Source: Eledone cirrhosa (lineage: Eukaryota). From it: DNA of 64,000 bases. A program made the position numbers and the translations under genes. The notes beneath the pieces are model-generated. The model saw nothing but the letters and a program-made list of their open reading frames with translations, was not told where the DNA came from and made no database searches. Below, piece after piece: positions 13,004 to 29,334 of the stretch. Location: positions 364,250,001 to 364,314,000 of the forward strand of contig OZ024743.1 of assembly GCA_964016885.1 (NCBI GenBank). The letters are read 5' to 3'. Numbering within the stretch: the stretch's first letter is position 1; each line of letters begins with the position of its first letter.

Positions 13004-15565
13004 TTCTTTTTATTTGCCACCAGGGCATCAAAGAGTGGGACAAGTACAATGGGGGGAGTTTACATAACAAGGCGTCCTCAATAAGGAGGAGGCAATAACA
13101 ATGTATAAAAATAAAATAAAATATAACAAAATAAATTTTATAACAAAATCCTCAATAGGGACGAGGCGCCTTTGGGGGTCGCACACACCCCCGAAAAAAA
13201 GTGTGCAACCCTTCTCCACAGGAGCACAGAGAGGGGGTTCTCCCTTGATTTTTCATCTTCCTCACCTATAGTGTGATGTAGAGTGAAGGCCCATTCACCT
13301 GGGGTGCAGTACCACTTTCACCCATCTTTCATAAAAACGGCTGGGGTGCAGTACCTCTCTCTCCATCCTGATCCTTCTTCCGAAATGATATCGGAAGAAA
13401 CGGACCAGTTGTTGGCCAGAGAGAAAGGTGTCTGACCTCAGTCCTTTCAGACGCGTCCACCATACAACCTCTTTCGCCATGGCTATTACGCACAGAAACC
13501 CCGCCTCTCCTTCGTTTTTGAAGAAGGGAGGCGGCTTGATCGTTACAATAGACTCGGTGGTCAACCGGATCGGTCCCACCCTTGACAGCAGTTGTTTGAC
13601 ATAGCCCCACAGATCGGCAATGCCCGAGCAGTGTACCAATGCGTGTGCAACGGTATCCTCGTCGCACACGCATCTGGGACAGATCTTTTTCGAGGGGTCC
13701 CTACTCGGGCGCCCGTGTCTGTAGAGCCTTTCTCGAACGGGCAGAGCCCTCGGTAGCACTGCCAGGCCAGGGACCTCTGGAAGTTATCCATGGGTCCCGG
13801 GCTGAATGTCATACCGAACAGGTTGTCCAGTTCGTCTTCCTCCATGCCTAGGGTTTCTCCGAGGGCGTCGTCGCACCTGCTAACCACCAGCCCTCCATAG
13901 AATGACGAGGTGGATTCTCCACTGACAGCCGGGTCCGCCTGCCAGAGAGCCGTGAGCACCTGGGCACACTCGGTGTGCCAGGCGCCCAGTTTTCTCGGTA
14001 TTTGCTTGACCCAGGATTGCAGCTCGGTGAGTGAGACGAGTCTGGGAAAGGCTCGCCTCACAAATGGGGCCCACACCGGTTGACCGGTGAGGAATACCTG
14101 GAGGTGCCGTAGCCTTAATGCGGGTTTACGTATGATTAGCCACGGCATCCCCAGCCCTCTTTTCGAAGGGTGTTGACAGCAGATGGATCTCCTCACCATA
14201 GGAGCCCGCTTCTTCCAAAGAAATTGGAAGAGTGCGCGCTTCATTTTGGCGAGCGTTTCCCTTGGGTAAGGCACAACGGTAAGGCGGGAGTAGATGACGG
14301 ACGCTATATAAGTGTTCGCCAGCTCTGCCCGACCTTTCAGGGACAGTTTGCACTTGGCCCACTTCTGGGTCAGTGCAAACACCTTGTTCGTTACCTCACC
14401 CCAGTTCTTCTCCACCTGGAGGTCTGGTCCGAACCAGACCCCGAGCAACTTCACCGGGCCCTCCGTCCAGCGCCCCACGACGCCATCGGAGGGCATCGAT
14501 CTGCTCCTCCACGTGCCGAGTTGCAGACCGATCGACTTGTCCCGATTCAGCTTAGCCCCTGTAAACCTTTCGTACTCCTCCAGTAAGGTGCCGATCGCCC
14601 CGATTTCCGAGGCCGTTGACACCATTACTGTTACGTCATCGGCGTAGGCCGACACCGCTTTCCGCAATCCCGGTTCCAACGGGATGCCCTGCAACAACTC
14701 CAGCTTCTGCAGCAGTGGCTCTAGAGTCATTACATACAGAAGGGAGGAGAGAGGGCACCCTTGTCGGATGGACCGCGCGATTTCGAACGGCTCCGAGAGG
14801 TAGCCGTTCACCTTGACCCTAGAGCAGATGCGGCTGCTGTGCATGGCATTGATCCAGCCCCTGAAAACGGGTCCGAAGCCTGCCGCCGCTAGCACCGCAT
14901 CCAGGTAACCATGGTCGACCCTATCGAACGCCTTAGATTGATCCAAGTTGATCAGGGCCCCACCAAAGCCGGGTTCGTTCCCAACCCTCTCTATGATGTA
15001 TCGCATGCGGTGGAGGTTGTCGTGGATGGACCTGGACGGGATAGCACATGTCTGCGCATCTCCCACCAGGTTTCCCACGACAAGCGCCAACCTCTTTGCT
15101 AGCACCTTGGCCAAAATCTGTAACTCTGTATTTAGCAGGGTTATGGGCCTGAAATTATTTATATCGTCCCCCTTGTTCTCGTCCTTCCTCACTAGCGTGA
15201 CTACGCCCTTGGTCACAGCACAGGGAATTCTCCCGTTCTGTTGCCAGTTGCAGTAGACCGCCTCGAGGAGATCGGGGAACAAGTCCGGCATAGCTAGATA
15301 TAATTCGTAAGGAAGACCATCGAGACCCGAGGATTTGCGTTTGCCGCATTGGCTCAGCAGGTCCTCTATCTCAGCGGCCGAAATCGGCTCCTCGCAGGAC
15401 TTCGCCTCCCTGTCCGAGAGACGCGGCAGGCCGTCAAGGTATTGACCGAAGTCCACATCACCAACCGGTTCCCCGCCCCTTCTGAACAATCCGGCAAAGT
15501 GCTTTTGAAAAGCCTCGCACATCTGCTTAGGTTCAAGGATCACCTGTCCATCCTGGTCGGGTGAT
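13000..15565 (-). mobile_element. 5'-truncated Tx1-clade (L1 group) LINE: RT plus C-terminal CCHC, frameshifted
   Basis: ORF 13561-15543 (FRPITLLN, LDQSKAFDRV, RQGCPLS, AYADDV, KLLGV) and ORF 13295-13759 (CPRC..EDTVAHALVHC). The 3' AATAAA abuts (TC)n. Confidence 0.92.
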
Positions 15566-15605
15566 CCTTGAACCTAAGCAGATAGATAGATAGATAGATA
15601 GATAT

Positions 15606-15973
15606 ATTTCTTTATTAGCCACAGGGGCACAAAAGAAGGGGACAAATACAAAGGGGGAAGTTTACATACAATAAAAACGTGTAAAATGTTATCACAGATG
15701 GAATTTAAAAGTTAGTCGATTTTCCCCAATAGAGGGAGACAGTTTATATGGGTAACACAGACCCCCGAAAAAAATGTGCAACCCTCATCTCCAGGAGTAC
15801 GAAGAGCTTGTACTCCTTTCCTCTCCTCCTTCTTTTCCTCAACCTACAGGCTGATATAGAGAGAAGGCCCATTCACTCGGGCCATTCTCGCCACTTTCAC
15901 CCACCTTTCATAAAACTTGCTGGGGTACAGCACCTCTCTCTCCATCCTGATTCTTCTTCCAAAGTGGTATTTG

Positions 15974-15975
<2 letters not shown>
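15606..15975 (-). mobile_element. Short 3' fragment of a related Tx1 element between (TATC)n tracts
   Basis: YHFGRRIRMEREVLYPSKFYERWVKV matches the C-terminus of the 13295 ORF, and the 3'UTRs are homologous. Confidence 0.85.
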
Positions 15976-16004
<29 letters not shown>

Positions 16005-16025
16005 AAGATAGATATAGATATAGAT

Positions 16026-16101
<76 letters not shown>

Positions 16102-16302
16102 TAGCGAGAATCGTATTTCGGCTTAGGAATTAACGAAAAACAACTTCCGAGATGTGTGGCAAGCGCTCAATGATTCAGATGAACCAGAGCTACAATATAC
16201 GTTAAAGGCCAAACACACTGAGACGATGGTTAAACAAACAACCGCACAGCCAAAGAAACGACCAAGTAATTCGGGTCAAACAAATAAAAATATATGTGAT
16301 TG

Positions 16303-16360
<58 letters not shown>

Positions 16361-16385
16361 ATGTATATCTATATCTATCTATCTA

Positions 16386-16531
<146 letters not shown>

Positions 16532-16658
16532 GTAGGAGGTGAGTTTTATTGTAGTACAATAAAGCAATGCAGATATTGAATAAGTACCACTCTACAATTT
16601 GTAGGAATGCGCATAATAAAATACATGGAACTCTTTTAACCATCTTTTGATCTTATAT

Positions 16659-16681
<23 letters not shown>

Positions 16682-16693
<12 letters not shown>

Positions 16694-16955
16694 ATAGCTT
16701 TCACCGTATTTTTGACTAAAGGAATTTTAGCTTGATAACGGGGTTTAGAACCCTCAGATAAATGGAAAAAGATGAGTATTGACGTACATGGGAGTCGAAC
16801 CCACATCTGTGGTTATCGCTATAACCACAGATGTGGGTTCGACTCCCATGTACGTCAATACTCATCTTTTTCTATTTATCTGAGGGTTCTAAACCCCGTT
16901 ATCAAGCTAAAATTCCTTTAGTCAAAAATACGGTGAAAGCTATATATTTTCTAAT
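16682..16955. repeat. Near-perfect palindrome (about 135-bp arms) containing a tRNA-like T-arm
   Basis: Arms 16682-16816 and 16821-16955 with one mismatch seen. B-box-like gtgggttcgactcccat near the centre. Confidence 0.9.
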
Positions 16956-17178
16956 TTCAAACTCGCTCACTGTTTCAAAACATACTTACTTGATATATAT
17001 ATATATATATAAAGAATTAATATATCTACCGACATATGTATACAGATGCATACCTATGTTAGCAAATATATATGTTTTGTCTTAGTAACTTTGTGGTTCT
17101 ATGCAGGGGGATGCAGAACAATTATATGAAAGACGTAAATAAGAAAGTTATGAAAATTGACTTACTTACTAAAATTTC

Positions 17179-17259
17179 ACTCCAACTAATTAGTTTCTGT
17201 AAGGGGATAAATATGGTTACGGAGTGTACACATAGAGAAGCCTTACGTCATCAGGGAGT
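17179..17259 (-). ncRNA. Type I hammerhead ribozyme (11505 family)
   Basis: ACUCC-CUGAUGA-CGUAAGG...CCUUACA-GAAAC-UAAUUA-GUU-GGAGU. Confidence 0.8.
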
Positions 17260-17456
17260 CTATTCTCAACTAAGCTTCCAGGCAATGCGGGGACACTGGG
17301 AACTTATATAAAAATAATTCAGTGGATGGAAAAAAGCGAGCGGGGCTAGATTCCAAGACATTGAAAAATTCACTGCCTACTTTGTCAAGTGGCAAATTCA
17401 AAAGAATCAATCACGTGACACTGAGATTAATCAGCTAGGAGTGGGGGTGCTATTAA

Positions 17457-17487
<31 letters not shown>

Positions 17488-17759
17488 CGGATTAACAAAT
17501 AATAGTTAAATGCAGTCCACTTAGGTGAAGTCCAGTTATGGTATTCCAGGTAGTGGATGATATTAACGCTTGGCTTGGTTTGACTCAACAAGGCGTTTTC
17601 ATAGTGATGCTGCGGGTATGCTGTAATTCCTATGTTGTAAACACTTGGAGTAATAATAAATCAAGAAAGAAGGTTTACATGGTTTGCTATACAAAAAAGT
17701 TTTTAATCACATAGCTTACATTTGTTTCACTGAACTGGTATGTCTAGAGATCGCTATCC

Positions 17760-18056
<297 letters not shown>

Positions 18057-18057
18057 C

Positions 18058-18119
<62 letters not shown>

Positions 18120-18151
18120 GTGTATATATATATATATATGCATATATATAA

Positions 18152-18232
<81 letters not shown>

Positions 18233-18654
18233 AAATTAAGATAAATTAAATGAATTTAATCTAAATCAAAATTATGGGTGTCATGCCAGAAAGACATGCG
18301 CCATATCACCCGGAAAATAAGCTCTAAGATTCTAACGAGTAGGTCCGAGCATTTTATAATAACTAGAAATTGATTAACATATAAATAAACATGAATAATC
18401 ACAGGAGATAATTTTTACAAGTGTGTAACCACACATAGCTTGGTAGGTAACTAAATAAAGTTGACCAGAACTTCAAAAATAGATACCTTATAATATGATT
18501 AATCTTCCCTGTATATATTCCATTAAAGAAATATATTTCACCAATTAATCGGATGGTAAACCACGGAAGTGGACCTAGATTTGAACTTGAAGTGTAAACA
18601 CGGATCGCTGAAACTTCTTCCTTGTTGAAAATTCCAAGTCTCCACTTCCGTGGT

Positions 18655-21600
18655 TTACCGAGAGATTGGCCTCAACCTGTATAGAGATGTTGAAGCCTTT
18701 AAAGAAGGCTGTGAGTTCTTTTCTGAACCTGTCGCAATCACGAGGTCCGCACTTAGGGCATGGTCAAAAGACCATCGTCACGGTACAAACCACCGCCCGC
18801 GTTGGGGAATTCGTCCTTGATAGAGAAAAGAAGGAAAAGGCCAATAAGATCAGTAACCTCCGCAGAATCACTGGCGCCCATACTCACGTCGAATGGGGTA
18901 CTATTGGATTTTTTAATCCAAATAGAGTCGTCGAAATTAATCACCGACTTACGGGCATTGAGGATGACATCAACTTCGAAATCCTTAACCACTGTGAGTG
19001 TTTTAGCGAAATTGATAGCTCTAAGGAGAAGTGGTAAAGTGATGGAGGAATAGTAATTGTTGATGTCGAATTGGATAAAACGGCAATGTTCCTTGTTGCA
19101 TATGCCGTTGAACCAATCAATCACCGCGAAGGAATTGTTCCACAGTGCAAGAGGGGCCAAACTTCTAATTTCAGGTATAATTCTATCAAGAATCGTCTTA
19201 CTAAGTCTACCTAAATCGGACTTCGTAGGGTTAATAAGCCGAATAGAGGGGTTGTTCGGAAAATTGGATTTGTGATCCTTCAGGGTAAAGTGGGGGAGAA
19301 ATAGGGTCCAGAGGTTCGGTCCGGTCCAGGATGTTAAGATCAGATGTGATTTTAAACCCAGCATCGTTGATTTCATTGATGACGCACCGATTAGTTTTAC
19401 GGTAATCCTTAGTTACAGCATTATGTAGTAGTTGATGGTAAGTACTGCGCTCCACTTGATATAGATTGCCAATTTTGTCGGAATGGACGTGCACGGCATT
19501 AGAATCCTTAATAGAACGAATTCTATTCTTCAGGTCCTGCTCGTAGGAATTGCTCCTATTCCGAAATTTGATACTCCGTATGAGTTCCAAGACATCATTT
19601 TCGAAGGGTAGCAATGCTGGGTTACACTGAGGGTTATTATAGGTTTTTAATCAAAATTTATCCTGTTTGTTGTCTGCTTTTCGCGGATTATCGAAGAAAA
19701 AGGCCCGCCAACGCAACCTTTTAATGAACGCGTCTGTTTTCTGTATCAGGAGTTTTAGGTATGTTTTCCTGCTTGGTACGGGTATGTTCTTTGTAGAAAT
19801 ATTCAGATGTTGTTTCTGCATGATGAATATAAGTCAGTAATGTGCTCAACCGAGGGAGCCAAATAGTAATAATAATAAATTTGAAGACTAAAATCCAAAG
19901 AGGGCTCGATAAGGATAAATATATATCAAATATATAAGAACCGAAGAGCAAATATTTATTAAAATAACAGATTCAAGTTTAAGCAAAGAATCGCTGCTTT
20001 CACCCTTAACGGGATCCTCTGAAACTAACAAAGTCAATCTGTAAACGCAGAACTGGATATTTCAAAAAACGTTGCAACCGGAGGAAGACAGGAAGACGAT
20101 ACTTTGGTTCGTCGAAACGTTCGCTGGCATCCACATATAGATCGTACTATCCGTTAGGGTATAACGTGGGGCTGTAATACAGGAAAGTTTTGTGCAATTT
20201 ATGTTTACAAGCCGAAATTGCCTCAGATTTTTTGTTTAAGATGTGGTCTGTGGCGTAGAGTATTTCCAGGGCCTCAGCGGCGCAGAGGTCACATGGTCTT
20301 TTATTTCCGTTATACGATCTAGCCCTCGCTAGGATCTCCCAGTGTAACTTATATTGGGTGTGGTTGTCTTTTAGACTCCATATATAAGCTGAAAGTGACG
20401 TCATATTCCTTCTTAGAGGGTAACGAAAAGAATGGGTATGCATGTAAAGACGCTGCTTGAATCTATTGGCGGTTAACCCTATGTAGGCCCTACGGGACGT
20501 GGGTGTTACAACCTTACATTTGTAGACAATGTTACTAGAGAGGCATTTCCCGGATAGGGGGCAATCAACCCGATTCGTACAATTAGTACTAACTACAGGG
20601 TTGCACGTGTTCCTACGGCTAGGTAGTTTGGCTAAATTTGAAGCTGTGATGTTATGTGCAAGGTTAGGAGTCGTAGAGTAAGAAATTCTAATAGTATTTC
20701 TATTAAAAATTTTACTATATTTATGTGTAGGGGGAAAATGCTTCGTAATAAGGGAAAGAAAGATCTTAGCTAATGGTGTGGCCACCTCCATATAATATGG
20801 TGGGTTATACCAACAAATGCGACGGGATCAATTTCTTCTAGGTCTATTTTCGTACTCTGTATATGCTACCTTATCGACAAATCCACTTCGAGCAAGAGCT
20901 TCATTGTAATAAGTGGAATGGTCGTTGAAAATACGCTCGTTGGTGGAAAGACGGGAAAGCCTCAACGAAACGTTTCTTACCAAGTTCTTGGTTATGCTGG
21001 CAGGATGGTTGGAATGCTTACTTATGTAATTAAGCGTATCATTCGGCTTTCTATACGGGTAATACAACCCATTCAATAGTTGAGGGTAACGTCGAGGTAA
21101 TTAACGACAGAGAGATTGGCCTCAACCTGTATAGAGAGGTTGAAGCCTTTAGCTAAGATCTTTCTTTAACTTATTACGAAGCATTTTCCCCCTACACATA
21201 AATATAGTAAAATTTTTAATAGAAATACTATTAAAATTTCTTACTCTACGTCTCCTAACCTTGCACATAACATCACAGCTTCAAATTTAGCCAAACTACC
21301 TAGCCGTAGGAACACGTGCAACCCTGTAGTTAGTACTAACTGTAATTGTAGGAATCGGGTTGATTTCCCCCTATCCGGGAAATGCCTCTCTAATAACATT
21401 GTCTACAAATGTAAGGTTGTAACACCCACGTCCCGTAGGGCCTACATAGGGCTAACCGCCAATAGATTCAAGCAGCGTCTTTACATGCATACCCGTTCTT
21501 TTCGTTACCCTCTAAGAAGGAATATGACGTCACTTTCAGCTTATATCTGGAGTCTAAAAGGCAACCACACCCAATATAAGTTACACTGGGAGATCCTAGC

Positions 21601-21965
21601 GAGGGCTAGATCGTATAACGGAAATAAAAGACCATGTGACCTCTGCGCCGCTGAGGCCCTGGAAATACACTACGCCACAGACCACATCTTAAACAAAAAA
21701 TCTGAGGCAATTTCGGCTTGTAAACAAAAATTGCACAAAACTTTCCTGTATTACAGCCCCACGTTATACCCTAACGGATAGTACGATCTATACGCGGATG
21801 CCAGCGAACGTTTCGACGAACCAAAGTATCGTCTTCCTGTCTTCCTCCGGTTGCAACATTTTTTGAAATATCCAGTTCTGCGTTTACAGATTGACTTTGT
21901 TAGTTTCAGAGGATCCCGTTAAGGGTGAAAGCAGCGATTCTTTGCTTAAACTTTAATCTATTTTA
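18655..21965 (-). mobile_element. Penelope-like element (Naiad-type): partial tandem plus inverted copy, with RT and GIY-YIG, disrupted
   Basis: N-terminus MQKQHLNISTKNIPVPS..FIKRLRWRAFF starts at about 19821. RT has FIQFDINNYY, FDVSMGASDSAEV and GLYRDDGL. GIY-YIG at 20147-20791 (IVYKC, YIGLT, CDLC..E). pLTR at about 19850-20140. Inverted GIY-YIG plus pLTR at 21148-21965 (+). Confidence 0.9.
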
Positions 21966-21970
21966 ATATA

Positions 21971-22014
<44 letters not shown>

Positions 22015-22155
22015 ACCAAAGTATCGTCTTCCTGTCTTCCTCCGGTTGCAACATTTTTTGAAATATCCAGTTCTGCGTTTACAGATTGACTTTGTTAGTT
22101 TCAGAGGATCCCGTTAAGGGTGAAAGCAGCGATTCTTTGCTTAAACTTTAATCTA

Positions 22156-22521
<366 letters not shown>

Positions 22522-22562
22522 ATATATATATATGTATATATATATACATATATATATATATA

Positions 22563-22781
22563 TGGTGAAGGCGTGTGGCTGAGTGGTTAGAGAATTGGAT
22601 TCGCAATCGTAAGGTTGTGAGTTCGATTCCTGGACCAGGTGATGCGTTATGTCCTTGAGCAAGACACTTTATTTCACGTTGCTCCTTCTACCTGGGGTTG
22701 CGACTGATAGATACTATTAGCAATTGGAAAAACCAACGGAAACATTGTTCCCTCGGTCCGATTTGACGAAAGTCGATCGTT

Positions 22782-22783
<2 letters not shown>
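22563..22783 (+). mobile_element. tRNA-derived SINE
   Basis: A-box tggctgagtgg, B-box gagttcgattcc and core tgtccttgagcaagacact. Copies at 48358-48566(-) and 50732-50950(-); heads only at 55773-55935(-) and 60803-60868(+). Confidence 0.85.
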
Positions 22784-22831
<48 letters not shown>

Positions 22832-23006
22832 CAAGTCACCACACATTATGAACCTGAATATTGCGAAAGCATAGCATGAAAGTACTTGTTCAATTAACAC
22901 TCAACATTTAATATTCTACCATACTATTTCATTCTAATATCATTATAAATTTTAAAGGATTGTAAATAAAACGAGTAAATCAGACAAAGTTGGAATTCCT
23001 TTTATT

Positions 23007-23146
<140 letters not shown>

Positions 23147-23290
23147 CTATCTATCTCTCTATATATATATATGTATATATATACATATATATATATATAG
23201 GTATATGTATATATGTATATGTATATATGTATATATATATATGTATATATATGTATATATGTATATATATATATATATATGTGTATATAT

Positions 23291-23376
<86 letters not shown>

Positions 23377-23681
23377 ATATAATATAAGATCAATAATTTT
23401 AAATCAACATGTAGATTTAAAACTTCACTATTCACAAGTGTTTTTTAATCTTCATATCATGTATCCCTATTTTATCTGATGGAAACGCAGATATTATCTC
23501 ATGATGATATTTGTTTTTGAAATGCGCATAATAAAATGCTTGGAACACTTTTAACCATCTTTTGATCTTATATTATTTGTACTCCAGTCCTTCAAACTGT
23601 AGGGTGCTACTTATCCGATATTTGCATTGCTTTATTGTGCTACAATAAAACTCATCTCCTACATATATCTATATATATGTC

Positions 23682-23716
<35 letters not shown>

Positions 23717-23749
23717 GTGTATATATATATATGTATATATATATGTTTA

Positions 23750-24310
<561 letters not shown>

Positions 24311-24322
24311 ATATATATAAAA

Positions 24323-24444
<122 letters not shown>

Positions 24445-24520
24445 CGAAGGAAATGTGTTAAGGAACCAGGTGGACCATAACGCACCAAAGTACTCAATAC
24501 TTAGGGGAGTAGAGTGGGTA

Positions 24521-24771
<251 letters not shown>

Positions 24772-25110
24772 GCAACGAGTCACTTTGTGGCTCAATGAAG
24801 AGTTAATAAATTAAATAATCCGAGCTATATATCATAAAACATGTCTATAGAATCACCAGATAAAATATATACCGTTTCCTCTCCCAGTTAGCATAATTAA
24901 CCATATAAAAATTCAATTAGACCAAGCTATAAGAATAAAAGCTCCTATGAAGAAATCTCCGACAAATAACCGAAAGCAGCCCTTCGCGGCTGTCACGATG
25001 GAGTATTTATCGAGTATTTCGACAGCGTGTATAAATCGACCAGATATACAGTCAATTGAACAGAATTAGGTGTAAAATAAACTAGAAGGAAAGTGAAAAT
25101 ATTTAGTTAC

Positions 25111-25184
25111 CTCTACCATGGCTTCGTCCGCATTTTAAGATATCCGATAACATTGGAAATCTAGAGCACCGGACTCTTCAGGAG
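25111..25184 (-). ncRNA. Hammerhead ribozyme variant (GAAG instead of GAAA)
   Basis: CUC-CUGAAGA-GUCCG...CGGAC-GAAG-CCAUG-GUA-GAG. Confidence 0.6.
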
Positions 25185-25273
25185 TTAGCTCAAATTTAGA
25201 CAATATAAATATAAACATATATATATATATGTATATATATATGAATATATATATATATATATATATGTGTGTG

Positions 25274-25308
<35 letters not shown>

Positions 25309-25311
25309 GTT

Positions 25312-25378
<67 letters not shown>

Positions 25379-25416
25379 GTATATACATATATATATGTAT
25401 ATATATATGTATATAC

Positions 25417-25470
<54 letters not shown>

Positions 25471-25532
25471 GTATATATGTATATATATATATGTATATAT
25501 ATGTATATATATATGTATATGTATATATATAT

Positions 25533-25607
<75 letters not shown>

Positions 25608-25642
25608 TATGTGTGTGTATATATATACATATATATGTATAT

Positions 25643-25676
<34 letters not shown>

Positions 25677-25677
25677 A

Positions 25678-26078
25678 TGTTCCATCATCACTGCCCAAAT
25701 GATGTTGGCATCGCCTTCAAGATACACCCAAGGCTTGGGCCCCGTGCTATCCGTCCCATTCAAAAATCTAAATCGCAACTCATAACAACAATACGGCACA
25801 ATTATTTCACCTCAATCGGCCCTGCTCTCTTCAACATCACACCGGGACACGTCAAAACAGAAACTGACCACTCAAAATTCAAGAAGTCTTTGGACAAATT
25901 CCTCCAAGTAATCCCGGACAAACCACCCACACCCGGATATGTCTCCGCAAACAGTAATTCACTTCTCGAATGGGCCATGGTGCCCAAATCCTGAATTGAA
26001 AGACTTCGCCAGGTGGTGCTATTAAGTTAGACATGGCCTGGGCCAATACTGGCCAAAACATTTCAAAGTTATTCAAAG

Positions 26079-26080
<2 letters not shown>
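25678..26080 (+). mobile_element. CR1-group LINE 3' fragment
   Basis: [36 protein letters not shown], a short 3'UTR and a repeated ttcaaagtta tail. Confidence 0.7.
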
Positions 26081-26131
<51 letters not shown>

Positions 26132-26132
26132 A

Positions 26133-26190
<58 letters not shown>

Positions 26191-26243
26191 AATAGGGTGT
26201 GGTAAAAACCAACTAGACCATAACCCACCATATATATATATAT

Positions 26244-26876
<633 letters not shown>

Positions 26877-26933
26877 TATATATATACATATATATATATC
26901 AAGTCAAGCAAACTTGACTGTCACCACACATTA

Positions 26934-26972
26934 TGAACCTGAAGATTGCGAAAGTATGAAAGTACTTGTACA
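26934..26972 (+). ncRNA. Minimal hammerhead ribozyme (U.U at stem II base, GAAA tetraloop)
   Basis: UGAAC-CUGAAGA-U-UGC-GAAA-GUA-U-GAAAG-UA-CUU-GUACA. A mutated sister copy at 22849-22892 has the perfect stem I partner GUUCA. Confidence 0.7.
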
Positions 26973-27084
26973 ATTAACACCTAACATTTAATATTCTACC
27001 ATACTATTTCATTCTAATACCATTATAAATTTTAAAGGATTGTAAATAAAACGAGTAAATCAGACAAAGTTGGAATTCCTTTTA

Positions 27085-27131
<47 letters not shown>

Positions 27132-27166
27132 TAGGGTGTGGTAAAAACTAGCTAGACCACAACCCA

Positions 27167-27319
<153 letters not shown>

Positions 27320-27520
27320 TATGTACACGTACATACTTATATGTACACAGAGGTACAGTAGTATGTATATATATATACATACATGCACACATATATATAT
27401 GTACGTATGGATTCACCGAACATTTATTATAAGGCTCGGTGTGTTTGTAAACAAACATCCCGTATTAAGCCGTAGTGTCCAGCAACCATCGTTGCTCGTT
27501 TGTTCAACACTGACAAAGGA

Positions 27521-27563
27521 ACGCTGTACTAGTTTCAAGCTTATTAGCTATCGTCAGCAACGT
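27521..27563 (-). ncRNA. Minimal hammerhead ribozyme
   Basis: ACGUUG-CUGACGA-U-AGCU-AAUA-AGCU-U-GAAAC-UA-GUA-CAGCGU. Confidence 0.8.
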
Positions 27564-27828
27564 ATACCTTCCTGCCAGATTGTTGAACGTATATACTTAC
27601 CTTTCGCATATTAACGGCTGAATAGCCCAATTTGCATATCGAGTGGGTTAATCGGCCGGGTGCACCGAAAACGATAAACGGAAAAAATGTATATATGTGT
27701 GCATGTATGTATATATATATACATACTACTGTACGTCTGTATACATATATGTATGTACGTGTACATACTTATATATAAGTAACAGCTGTACTAAGAGTGG
27801 GAAATGAAATTTCGTTTCATTTTTTTCC

Positions 27829-27924
<96 letters not shown>

Positions 27925-28194
27925 GTAATAATAAATTTGAAGACTAAAATCCAAAGAGGGCTCGATAAGGATAAATATATATCAAATATATAAGAACCGT
28001 AGAGCAAATATTTATTAAAATAACATATTAAAGTTTAAGCAAAGAATCGTTGCTTTCACCCTTAACGGGATCTTCTGAAACTAACAAAGTCAATCTGTAA
28101 ACGCAGAAGTGGATATTTCAAAAAAACGTTGCAATGTTTTTTGAAATATCCATGTATATTTATATATATACATATCCATGTATATATCTATCTA

Positions 28195-28229
<35 letters not shown>

Positions 28230-28248
28230 GTGTATATATATATATATC

Positions 28249-28501
<253 letters not shown>

Positions 28502-28525
28502 GTAGATATATAGATATATATATAC

Positions 28526-28617
<92 letters not shown>

Positions 28618-28653
28618 GGTGTGGTAAAAACCACCTAGACCATAACCCACCAT

Positions 28654-28827
<174 letters not shown>

Positions 28828-29218
28828 GTGTGTATATATTATTTACTTATCGAGAAAGAGAAAAAAAAAGGGGGGATAGGTGATACATATAGTTATTTGC
28901 CAAGTAGCGTATGCCAAAGGTGCTCGATACTAGTGCCGGCAGTATTAAATATTCGAAGTGTTAATATTTAGTGGGCTAGAGAGTTAGCAGAGCGTAAGCA
29001 CGTGGGAAAGTAAAAAATAGGAGAATAGACCGTTAAAACATGTTTATTTAAAACAGCACCTACGTACGTTTCGCCCAGTTGGGCTTCTCAAGGGCATAAA
29101 TAATCACAAGTGTTCCTTATATTGCTCGGAAAGAGTTTTGGGGGTTAAATCCACATCAAGGTTCATTACTCGCAAAAATATCTTGTTTTGATTTTGCAGC
29201 AGGTCAAGGGAGGAAACC

Positions 29219-29328
<110 letters not shown>

Positions 29329-29334
29329 CATATA

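Noticed and set aside
20828-20830. In-frame TGA in the Naiad-like ORF as possible selenocysteine (some Naiads encode selenoproteins)
   Set aside because: It falls in the basic RN*SRR stretch, best explained as CGA>TGA, not at a Cys position. The conserved GIY-YIG cysteines are Cys codons or missense/deleted, and no SECIS was recognised.
22563-22640. tRNA gene (also 50880-50950, 60803-60868, 16825-16860)
   Set aside because: These are SINE heads or half-tRNAs continuing into repeat bodies, with no complete acceptor stem.
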